This document shows, piece by piece, positions 10,934 through 19,477 of a DNA stretch of 24,321 nucleotides (positions are counted from its first letter, which is position 1; every line of letters starts with the position of its first letter). This DNA comes from Pyrobaculum sp. (GTDB lineage Archaea > Thermoproteota > Thermoprotei > Thermoproteales > Thermoproteaceae). A program made the translations under genes and the position numbers. The notes below the pieces were generated by a model. The model searched no databases. It was not told where the DNA came from and worked only from the letters and a program-made list of their open reading frames with translations. Location: assembly GCA_046293555.1 (NCBI GenBank), contig JBKBOT010000022.1:1-24321 (forward strand). The letters are read 5' to 3'.

Positions 10934-11020
10934 GTCATCACATCTGTAAGTTTAGTTAAATATTTTCTTTCTCTAAACTACAGCACAGCATCTCCACACT
11001 TTTAGAAATCTCTTAGCCAG

Positions 11021-11144
11021 AAGAACGCAGCTTGTTAACGCCCTTGATATGTTAAGCCCCCTAGGCGGGGGCCCTACAGCCACCCCATAGAGATGCCGAA
11101 ATGGGCGGAAACCCCTGGACTCAAGAAAGACAGAGACAGGCGGA
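11021..11144. other. Conserved non-coding element (candidate ncRNA or CRISPR-leader-like sequence), copy A
   Basis: 119/124 identical to 17121-17244; contains the hairpin GCCCCC-TAGGC-GGGGGC. Confidence 0.6.
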
Positions 11145-11397
11145 TATCGCCCCTAGAGGCCGACGGGACAAAGGCCGGCACTCTCTACCTGTTAGTTGTC
11201 TATTTCCGCCTGGAGGCCAGGTGTATGGCCACTGCCGTCTGGAGCCGTTTCCCTGGCGGGCCGAGCGGGTTAGGGATATCACCGCCGTTTTCTCGCCCCC
11301 CGCGGCGGGAGTTATCACACGGGGCGTAGACATCTGGTGTGTTACGTCTTGCATTCAGCTCACTCGCCCCTTCAACTCGGGTATCTGGCGTGGCCGC

Positions 11398-11859
11398 CTA
11401 GATGTCGTATATTATGTATATGTTGTTTCTCTCGGCGAATGTCTTCACCCAGTCTGGGTTTTTGTCAAGTATAAACGGCGCCACTGCATAGATCCTCTCT
11501 ATCTGCCTCCCCTTTATTCTTTCAAAAAGTTCCCTCTTCCTTACAAGAAGGGCCACATCTCCCCGCCTAAATATCGGGGAGATCTCGAAGAGGTAAGTCC
11601 TCCCCTCTCTCGTCGCCACGTGGTATTCAACCTCGTCAGGCCAGCCGTAGACGTAGCCATCTACGTCCATGACGTATTCCTTCTCTACAGCCCACCCGGC
11701 CTTTTGGAGATTCCGAATTACCGCATGTTGGAAAGTCTCGACGTCTATCTCCCCCACCCAAGCTCTGGCGGCAAGACAGACCAGACACCAGTCCGCCATC
11801 TGGTCGTCTGTGTCGGCGCCCCGCGGCCCCGTCACGACGCCGTCCCAGGCGTCAGACAT
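11398..11859 (-). CDS. DUF3782-like PD-(D/E)XK-fold protein with degenerate catalytic motif and no coiled coil
   Basis: DVDGYVYGWPDEVEYHV...YLFEISP...GDVALLVRKRELFER...VAPFI pattern of crenarchaeal DUF3782-type proteins. Confidence 0.65.
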   Translation of the reverse strand: MSDAWDGVVTGPRGADTDDQMADWCLVCLAARAWVGEIDVETFQHAVIRNLQKAGWAVEKEYVMDVDGYVYGWPDEVEYHVATREGRTYLFEISPIFRRGDVALLVRKRELFERIKGRQIERIYAVAPFILDKNPDWVKTFAERNNIYIIYDI

Positions 11860-12111
11860 GCGATATATGTGTGTTTTTCATTGCACCCCACCCAATCTAA
11901 ACCCCAGCCGTGTATATACGGCATATAGACCCCCCACCCCGACCCCCCCCGCCCCCTCATACAGCTCTCCCACAAAAGCCCCATGCCCCCCGATCGACGC
12001 AGCCACCACCCCGCCGCCTTTCACCCCGCCGCCGTATTCCACGCCATGCGGCACCCCGTAATACGTCCATAACCCTCTCCACAGCCCACCCCCTAACTCA
12101 CGCGCCCCCCG

Positions 12112-12340
12112 GCCTTCCCACAAACCCAACGGGACCCCAACGACATCCACTCTCGCGACCACACTTCTCTCTACCCTCTCCAGCCCCTTCTTGACGTGTT
12201 CTAACTCCACGCCTAACTTTATATCTATACCTCCCTACTGTAGCCATGTCGTCTCTTGCCGCCAAGCCCCTACACGACATGTATCAAGGCCTCGTAGAGT
12301 ATCTCGTCACCAGCGAGTATTATCCCAGTCAGCTTGTCAG
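12112..12340 (-). pseudogene. Decayed N-terminal coiled-coil part of a DUF3782-like gene
   Basis: Fragments in different frames: DKLTGIILAGDEILYEALI*, LAARDDM (resembles LATKDDI) and LEHVKKGLERVERSVVARVDVVGVPLGLWE (resembles RLDALGARWG). TATTTAAG upstream at about 12362-12369. Confidence 0.45.
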
Positions 12341-12531
12341 ATCTCTCCAACCTTACAACAACTTAAATACCGCCCCAAAGCCGGCAGAAACGTCGTACAG
12401 CCACCGCCGAAGCCAACAGCCATAACGCACAAAAAGGACGATAAAAACTAGATACAAAAAAAGCTCATGACGTCTAAAACGGTGAAACAGCCAAAGAAAA
12501 TAAAACCCCCAAAACAATTCCAGAAGCCCCA

Positions 12532-12619
12532 GAGTCTCAAAAATCGCGGCAAATCCTAAGACACTTTACGAATCTCAAAGAGGGGGCTAAAAGCAGACGT
12601 CCTTGAAATCTCAAAAAGA
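12532..12619 (+). CRISPR. Orphan degenerate CRISPR-repeat cluster 1 with A-rich leader-like upstream sequence
   Basis: GAGTCTCAAAAA at 12532, GAATCTCAAAGAGGGGGCTAAAAG at 12570-12593 (20/24 to the consensus) and AAATCTCAAAAAGA at 12606-12619. Confidence 0.7.
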
Positions 12620-12673
12620 TAAGCAATAAAAAAGGGGTCTTGCCCACATGTTGGGGGTTTCTAGAGAGAGGTT

Positions 12674-13990
12674 TTATTTCCACCACATTTCTAGTATGTT
12701 GCGGTATACGTTAACCACGTAGTCAGCTGCCTTGCCTGTAGGTATTTTCTTGATTACTTCCAGCCTCTCTACGTCTACTACATACACGGCGTGGTCTTTG
12801 TTGTTATTTATATAGGCCTTTTTGCCGTCTAACGTAAATGCCACATGGCCGGAGTTCTTCCCGTCTCCCGCCTTTATTTCTTTTATCTTCTCGTGTGTTT
12901 TTGTGTCTATTACAGCTACTGTGTTGTCATTATAACAACCGACAAAGATATACCTCCCGTCTGGGGAGAGATATGGGTGTCCCGCCCCGTTTCCCACTTC
13001 AATCCTCTTGATTACCCGTCGGGTGGATGTCTCTATTACAAATAGGCTTCTCCCGCCGAAATGTGGGGGCGGGCCTCGGTTCGCGTAGTAGAAGTATTTC
13101 CCGTCTGAGGAGAAAACTCCGTGATGTCCCTCTACTGGCTCCCCTGGCGGCACGGAGATAGTTATCTTGTCTACTATAGACATCGTGGAGAGGTCTAATA
13201 TCGCCACCGCGGGCGGTATGTCGCCTTTACCTTCAAGTACAATCCACACCTCCTTGTTGTCTCTTGTGGCGACGAAATAGTGGGGACGGCTCTCCATTTG
13301 TAACGTCTTTACTATCTCAAACCGCGGCGCCTCGATGACAAAGACCACGTTTTTTATAAAATCTTGGGCAAAGAGGTATTTACTATCCCACGTCCATCCG
13401 GGGTGCATCATTGCCTTCTCGGCCGGGAGCTCTAGAGTTTTTACTATCGTGTCAGTAGTTGTGTCTATGATTACAGTTTTGTTATCTCTGTCGTGATTTG
13501 CGGCCACATATCTCCCGTTAGGTGATACCACTGGGTGATTCGGCCTTTCTCCCACAGTGATGGTTTTTATAACTTTTAAATTGACAGTATCGACAACTGC
13601 GATATCTACGCCGCCTCTATTGGACACGTATAGTTTCTTCCCGTCGGGAGTCATGCCGGAGAGGCTAGGGCCAGAGCCTGTGACTATTGTTTTTATAACC
13701 TCATCGGTCTTTGTGTCAATTACAGAAAGCGTGTTCTCTCCCCTGTTGGGCACAAAAACAAATCTTCCATATTCCCAAGCCGGCAGCGCTTCTGATGGCG
13801 TCACAGTGACAGTCTGTGTGACAGTACGTTCTACAGTCTTAGTCTCTGTCTTTACCTCAGTCTTTGTCTCAACGACTGTTCTTGGGAAGGCTTGCGAGCC
13901 GATGGCGGCGCCTACCACAAGGCCAATAATCCCGCCGGCTGCCGCTTTTAGGAAATCTCTTCTGCCTTCTCTCTTCTCTTCTCTAGCCAT
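12674..13990 (-). CDS. Tat-exported YVTN/YncE-like beta-propeller, His-rich, probable metal (Cu)-binding protein
   Basis: RRDFLK twin-arginine signal plus hydrophobic helix, Thr/Val-rich linker, and repeats such as TPDGKKLYVSN, SPDGRYIFV and VIDTKT. Confidence 0.88.
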   Translation of the reverse strand: MAREEKREGRRDFLKAAAGGIIGLVVGAAIGSQAFPRTVVETKTEVKTETKTVERTVTQTVTVTPSEALPAWEYGRFVFVPNRGENTLSVIDTKTDEVIKTIVTGSGPSLSGMTPDGKKLYVSNRGGVDIAVVDTVNLKVIKTITVGERPNHPVVSPNGRYVAANHDRDNKTVIIDTTTDTIVKTLELPAEKAMMHPGWTWDSKYLFAQDFIKNVVFVIEAPRFEIVKTLQMESRPHYFVATRDNKEVWIVLEGKGDIPPAVAILDLSTMSIVDKITISVPPGEPVEGHHGVFSSDGKYFYYANRGPPPHFGGRSLFVIETSTRRVIKRIEVGNGAGHPYLSPDGRYIFVGCYNDNTVAVIDTKTHEKIKEIKAGDGKNSGHVAFTLDGKKAYINNNKDHAVYVVDVERLEVIKKIPTGKAADYVVNVYRNILEMWWK

Positions 13991-14189
13991 ACGGCAAGTT
14001 TACACATTTATTAAAAAACGTTGTTATCTAGCCATATGGGAATAATTTTTTAAAATTTTATACAAAAGTTTAGTGAATATTCTTTTTTCGAGATAACGCC
14101 GTTTTTGAGGTCGTCGTTGTGATTTTATCTACTGTTATATTTTTTTACACATAGCCACTATGTTTAAAAATTGTAGAGAGTGGAGACGA

Positions 14190-14696
14190 GTGAAGAAGAG
14201 GGGTAGGGTAAAGAGTGGGAGAAATGGCGTCTTGCTTTATCTTTCTGTCGCTGCTGTGGCTTTGTTGTTATTGGCGTTAGGGCTTGCCACGAGGGCGCCG
14301 AGCCAGCCCTCTGGCGGCATGATTCCGGCGGGGCTTTCAGTCTATAAGACTCCACAGTGTGGATGTTGTGAAGAATATGTAAACTATCTGAAGGGCTTGG
14401 GCGTAGAGGTAAAGGTAGTGACTGTGAGCGAAGAGGAGTTGTCAAATCTCAAGACGAGACTTGGGATACCGGCCCAGTTGTCTAGTTGCCATACTTCTAT
14501 TGTAGAGGGCTATTTTGTTGAGGGGCACGTCCCCATGGAGGCAATTATAAAGCTTATAAAAGAACGGCCGGGGGTAGATGGCATAGCGTTGCCGGGGATG
14601 CCACAAGGCTCGCCGGGGATGGGGGGCGAGAAGAGAGGTCCGTTTAAGATTTACGCCAAGAGAGGCGATTTGATATTTGTATTTACAGAGATCTAA
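14190..14696 (+). CDS. DUF411 (CopG-like) exported metal-binding protein
   Basis: YKTPQCGCC, SCHT, VEGHVP and ALPGMPQGSPGM motifs; N-terminal TM/signal segment. Start GTG 14190 follows TTTAAAAA at 14163-14170. Confidence 0.92.
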   Translation: MKKRGRVKSGRNGVLLYLSVAAVALLLLALGLATRAPSQPSGGMIPAGLSVYKTPQCGCCEEYVNYLKGLGVEVKVVTVSEEELSNLKTRLGIPAQLSSCHTSIVEGYFVEGHVPMEAIIKLIKERPGVDGIALPGMPQGSPGMGGEKRGPFKIYAKRGDLIFVFTEI

Positions 14697-15282
14697 ATAT
14701 TTACCCGCCGGTTATATTTACCTACCGGCCTGTCCCCGCTGCGGCTGTTTTTAGTGTGACGTTATGGCTTGTTGTATGTCTATATGTAGGTCTTGTCGCC
14801 GTGACGTGAGGGGCTTTATATCCAGTAGAGGCGGTAGCATACATGGGTCTGGGGGCAGCGGGGCTCGGTTGTCTTTCTGTTAGGACTTAGCCACGAGGTC
14901 TCTATACGTTCTTCTTAATCTCGTTTAAGGCCGCCGTATATAGCCTTTGAGGTCTTTTCACATCGTCTCTCAAAACACCTCACGAGAGAGGCTGAGGTAG
15001 GGAGACTTTCTATGACGTCTGTAAGACCTCTGGACATTCTAGTTCTGCAGGCAATGGTGAAAGAGCTTAATGCCGAGTTTTCCGCCTCCCGCCGCCTTGA
15101 TTATATTTGTGCTGGCTGTAGGCCTTTCGGCTCCAGAGGGCTGAGTGCGACGCGTAGGAGCTTTAATCTACGTTTGCCGCCAGATAGGCCTCTGCGACGG
15201 CTTCTTGTCATAACTGTGACGTGTGGTCTCTGCGGCCGCCTTCCTCGGTAATTAAGGTTTAATATGAACATTATTATTCGCC

Positions 15283-15825
15283 GTGGTGTCAGCTAGGGCG
15301 ACTGTTATCACGTCTGACCTGAGGTCAAGTATCTGTCAGCTGGCTTAACCTCGTTACTGGTCCTATAGATGCGGGCTTTGGCTTGGCCTTGCTACGCCTT
15401 TATTGGGCAGGCGACGCCCTTGGCTGAGTACCTATGTGGACCAAGCGAACTGTTGTGCCTAACCCCAAGCTGGCCTCCAGCCCGCCGTGGGTGGACATAA
15501 TATTATCCTCATGTCAGGGGGCTTGCCAAGCCTATCGGCGTAAGCGATTGGACGCTTGGATCTTTTAGATCGCCTTATAATTCTACAAGCCCATTGCCGA
15601 CGTGGTCACTACAGAGTTTGTCTTTTTAATCATGCTTGTAGACAATCTGCCAAAGGCGCCTCAGTGGCTGCCAGAGGGTTTAAAAAACTGCCATTGTCCT
15701 CCTGGGCGCCAAGACTCTCTTTACAGACTGGTATGGAGGCTCTATTAGTTATGGTTCTTATCTCTTTCCCCGTTATGCTTTTGGCGACGCCTATCTTTCT
15801 TTACAAAATACAGATCTTAGCGTAA
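15283..15825 (+). pseudogene. Decayed membrane-protein gene, possibly an MFS transporter
   Basis: TTTAATA at about 15258, then GTG; hydrophobic fragments in shifting frames ending MEALLVMVLISFPVMLLATPIFLYK. Confidence 0.35.
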
Positions 15826-15994
15826 TGGCGGCTGAGGGTATAGGGATTCGTGGCGTCTCTGCCGCCGAGATTAACCATCACGACGTAGACTCAAAAAAGA
15901 TGGCATTTCGAAAAAATGTCAAGAGCCGATGAATCGCGTTGTATAAAACCCCGCTAGAGGAAAAACCTCTAAAAACAAACGCCTAAAAGCCCCA

Positions 15995-16033
15995 GAGTCT
16001 CAAAAAGAGGGTTGAAAAAGAGAGGGTTGAAAG
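15995..16033 (+). CRISPR. Orphan degenerate CRISPR-repeat cluster 2 with leader-like upstream sequence
   Basis: GAGTCTCAAAAAGAGGGTTGAAAA at 15995-16018 (20/24) fused to a second 3' part AAAGAGAGGGTTGAAAG at 16017-16033 (16/17). Preceded by AAGCCCCA, as in cluster 1. Confidence 0.75.
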
Positions 16034-16043
16034 ACATACAATT

Positions 16044-17244
16044 GCCGTGATTCTCAACGATTTAAGGCCGTTCTGCGCCGTGTTTAATTGTGTCTAGAGC
16101 GCTTTTGTCCTCTCCTTTCTGTCTTCTATAAGCCAGACTCCCAGCTCTTGTGCCTTTTCTACCGTGCCCGGCATAGCTATCATGCAGTACAACACCGTGA
16201 TTACTCTGCCGGGGAATCTCTCCGGCCACCCCCTCATGGCTTCTTTCACCCTATTTGCCGTATCTTCCACAGTGTTTGCACTAGCCCGCACCTTGGCCTC
16301 GCCGACGACAGTCATCTCTCCGGTGGTGCAATATACATCAAACTCGTACTGGCTGTCAAGCCAAAGCCTCCCCGGCGTACACTCAACCCCCCTCTCTTTT
16401 AGAAGCCATTTCACTACCTCCCTCGCCTCCTCCTCTAAAGCGATAATAATTCTCTCAATTTGTTCCTTAGTGGCCATCTTGTCTTCAAGTCTCTTCAAGT
16501 CCTCCTTAGTAGCCATTCTGTCCTCAAGTCTTTTTAACTCCTCCTTTGTCGCCATTCTGTCTTCAAGCCGCTTTAAGTCTTCTTTTACAGCTATCTCAAG
16601 TCTCTTCAAATCCTCCTTAGTCGCCATAGTCTTCTCGATTCTCTCCACTCTTTCCTCTAGCTTTCTCAAATCCTCTTTTGTGGCCATCTGGCTTCTTACC
16701 TCCTCGATTTTTGTTGTCATCTCTTGTCTAATCTTCTCTAGGTCTTCTTTTGTCGCCATCTCCTGCCTAATCTTCTCTAACTCCTCTTTTGTTGCCATTT
16801 CTTTTCTTATTTGGTCAATGTCTTCTTTTGTGGCCACGTTTAACGGTATTGTGATGATTTTAGCCATCTCTGTGGCTAGTCTTAGTCTTACCTGTGGGTC
16901 TGCCAAAATGGCGTCTAGAAGTCTGCCGCCATCTATAGCTTCAAGAATTACGGCGCGAAGAAAGTCTCTATCTGTTTGTAGCAGCTTTGTGAGAGCCTCC
17001 TTAAGGGCCTCTAAGGACAGCGAAGTGGACACGACACTACATTTGTAAGTTATTAAATACCTTCCCTTCTCTAGGCTAAAGTACAGTGTCTTCACACTTT
17101 TAGAAATCTCTCTTGGCCGGAAGAACGCAGCTTGTTAACGCCCTTGATATGTTAAGCCCCCTAGGCGGGGGCTCTACAGCCACCCAATAGAGATGCCGAA
17201 ATGGGCGGAAACCCCTGGGCTCAAAAAAGACAGGGACAGGCGGA
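16044..17244. repeat. Duplicated cassette, copy B; paralog of 10124-11144
   Basis: Same end points as copy A; longer because of extra 39-bp repeat units in the gene. Confidence 0.9.
16094..17032 (-). CDS. ATK-repeat (beta-layer) coiled-coil protein with C-terminal PD-(D/E)XK nuclease domain, long paralog (312 aa)
   Basis: Eight xATKE motifs plus MTTK and AVK variants, mostly on a 13-aa period; YEFDVYC...VVGEAK. Start GTG 17032 by alignment to the paralog and the TATTTAA position. Confidence 0.85.
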   Translation of the reverse strand: MSTSLSLEALKEALTKLLQTDRDFLRAVILEAIDGGRLLDAILADPQVRLRLATEMAKIITIPLNVATKEDIDQIRKEMATKEELEKIRQEMATKEDLEKIRQEMTTKIEEVRSQMATKEDLRKLEERVERIEKTMATKEDLKRLEIAVKEDLKRLEDRMATKEELKRLEDRMATKEDLKRLEDKMATKEQIERIIIALEEEAREVVKWLLKERGVECTPGRLWLDSQYEFDVYCTTGEMTVVGEAKVRASANTVEDTANRVKEAMRGWPERFPGRVITVLYCMIAMPGTVEKAQELGVWLIEDRKERTKAL

Positions 17245-17253
17245 ACAGTCCCA

Positions 17254-17339
17254 GAATCTCAAAAAGAGAAAGCGTCGATAATGTATTCTCCCTCACCGTC
17301 ATCGCCAATCGGCGTGAGTCTCAAAGAGAGAGTTAACAT
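17254..17339 (+). CRISPR. Degenerate repeat-spacer-repeat mini-array (cluster 3)
   Basis: GAATCTCAAAAAGAGAAAG at 17254-17272 (repeat lacking GATTG), a 43-bp spacer at 17273-17315, and GAGTCTCAAAGAGAGAGTTAACAT at 17316-17339 (18/24). Confidence 0.7.
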
Positions 17340-17667
17340 GAATTGAATGCCGTGGACTATATTTAATCAAAAAGACCAAAAGATCCAGGGACGTAGCGTG
17401 GCGACCAGCCGTGAAAGACTTTTGAAAGCGACGACGTCATTTCCATACACCCCGCCGGCTATCTGGCCGGGGTGGAGGCACAAGGCGCCGCGGATGTTAA
17501 CCGACAAGCCACTATCCTCTCTCCTTGTTGCCTTACCCCCCGCAGCCACAAAGCCGTCAGACGTCAAGCCTTGGAGACGTCATTTCTTCATCTCATTTTT
17601 CCATGAAAAAGTGGCGAAAAGTCAACACGCCCCATGCTAGACGCCGTTGTGACATGTGGCCTCCCCT

Positions 17668-18830
17668 CTACCTCCCTTCTCCAAGGAATATTATCGCTCC
17701 CCACAAATCCCCACTGAAGACCTTTACTAACTTCCCATCTTCCACTTTGTATAGTATCACATTGTTTATTAAATTCAGCCAATGGGTCGCGTAGTGCAAT
17801 AGCCCCTCTGCTATCGGGGCGTATGTCAACCTGCCGGGCATGCCTGTATAGTACCTGCCGGCGGGGTCTAATATCGCTATCTTTCCCCCATCTGCCGTCA
17901 TCACCGCGGCGTGACCGTCGAACCAGATGTAGAACACTAACAGCCAGACCTCACGTTCTCTCCCAGCTATGTATGTATCATACGCTTTGATCATGGCATA
18001 TAGCAGTATGGCCATATCTTCACAGTCCCCCGCCCTCCGCTCTAGCGTCACCTTCGGCGGCGCGATATATTCGCGACGCCACTTGACCTCAAAATCGCCA
18101 CTCTGAAGGTCTTTTGCCGACGGCGGTACCGGCAGGGGGGAGTCCCCAATATACCTGATGTTTTCAACGAGTGGTAAAACGCGTAGAGGGCCTCCAGCCT
18201 CCCCTTATTGCCAGCCAGCTGCCTCACTACATCCAACACGTCGTGGACGTCCTCCTCACCTAGCTTTGCCCTGTCTATATAGAGCAGTGAGAGCATCACC
18301 TCACGCCACCTCTCATAGTTCTCCGCGAAGTTCGTAAGACGTCTAACTGCCTCCATATAGCTTTCATTCAACTCTCTATATCTCCCCCACAGCTCCCCAT
18401 ACCTTTTCTGCAACTCATCGTATTCTCCACGCAGGTTCGTAAGACGTCTAACTGCCTCCACGTAGCTCTTATTCAACGCGTCATATCTCCCCTGCAGCTC
18501 CCTATATTTTCCCCACAGCTCTTCATATCTCTTCTGCAACTCGCTGTGTTCTTCACGCAGTTTTGAAAACGCTGCATTTGTAGACGTGAGTTCTTGCAAA
18601 AGTGAGTAATATGTCTCTCGCATCTCGACGTACTTTCTCTCAAAGTTTCTGTGCCTCGTCTCGAGGAGTATGTACTTTGTCTCAAGGTCTTTGTACTTCT
18701 TCTCAACTTCTTGATATTTATTGATGACGGCGTTGTATTGTATTAACAACGCGACTATTATTGCGCCCAAGGCGAGATATATAATTACTATTGCGCGTAA
18801 GGCGGAATGTATAAACTTGTCATCCTTCAT
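17668..18830 (-). pseudogene. Membrane-anchored coiled-coil plus transglutaminase-like (Cys-His-Asp) protein split by one frameshift
   Basis: N-terminal TM helix and heptad stalk with a 105-bp internal duplication (18331/18436). Adding 1 nt at about 18170 gives FYHxVENIRYIGDSP...EYIAPPKVTLERRAGDCED...GHAA...ILDP (about 387 aa). Confidence 0.85.
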
Positions 18831-19138
18831 GTTAAAAGAAAAGTGTATATATATTTACAAGAGCCGCTAATGACACATGCCGGCTAGTTAAGAAAAAGAC
18901 TGAAACTCTCGGCGTAAAACATAACGCTAAGCCCTTCCCTTGGCCACGCCCCGGCGACACCCCGCGGAATTCCCCTTGTAAAAACAGACACACGTCCGGC
19001 GCCGTGTTGTATTATGTCGCCGATCGTGACGTCTAAACCCCCGCCGGGGGCGCCCCATGTAGATGCCGGCCAGCGCGTGGCATATCGCATGCTCAACGAC
19101 ATACACCGCCGAAAGTAGAGATATCGCGCGGCGGCTTT

Positions 19139-19477
19139 CTACTTTACGAAATATTCCATTGTCTTTGATACTATATCGATATACAGTATTGGCACCACTT
19201 TAGAGAGTTCTTCAGGTGGTAGATCCAGCTGCTTTCCAAATAGCACCAACGCCACCGGCACCTGTCTATAGATGGACCAAAGCATTACTTGTCCCAGCCC
19301 ACAAGCCAGCCTCTCCACAGGCTCGACCTCTACATACACGTCGCCACACTTCAAATCCGCACGCCAAGGCCCAACCGACACCTCTTTCTCACAACTAAAG
19401 GCATCTTTGACACAACCCTCATCTATTTTAAGACAAAGCTCCAAAACACGGGGGTTAAAAAACCTCAGAAGGTCCAT
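19139..19477 (-). CDS. Small PD-(D/E)XK restriction-endonuclease-fold protein
   Basis: EKEV...RADLKC...YVEVE...GLGQVMLW, resembling the ExK...GQxxxY Mrr/NucS-type pattern with the Lys replaced by Glu. Confidence 0.6.
   Translation of the reverse strand: MDLLRFFNPRVLELCLKIDEGCVKDAFSCEKEVSVGPWRADLKCGDVYVEVEPVERLACGLGQVMLWSIYRQVPVALVLFGKQLDLPPEELSKVVPILYIDIVSKTMEYFVK

Larger units (their letters stand above)
10124..11144. repeat. Duplicated cassette, copy A (3' flank, nuclease gene and conserved non-coding end); paralog of 16044-17244
   Basis: Homology starts at GCCGTG(G/A)TT..ACGATTTAA and ends at GACAGGCGGA in both copies. Confidence 0.9.

Noticed and set aside
10170-10949. 259-aa + strand ORF
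   Set aside because: Antisense shadow of the repetitive coiled-coil gene, rich in Ser/Leu/Phe.
11101-11928. 275-aa + strand ORF
   Set aside because: Overlaps the DUF3782-like gene on the opposite strand and has no recognisable motifs.
12674-13990. nosZ or nirS assignment
   Set aside because: No CuA domain, no CxxCH motif, and too short.
16049-16057. GATTCTCAA as a further CRISPR half-repeat
   Set aside because: It lies inside the duplicated cassette, where copy A reads GTTTTCATA; probably coincidental.
16164-17048. 294-aa + strand ORF
   Set aside because: Same antisense shadow effect as in copy A.
17273-17315. Mini-array spacer targeting the nuclease promoters
   Set aside because: The best match seen is only 7 nt (CGTCATC near 10933), which is not significant.
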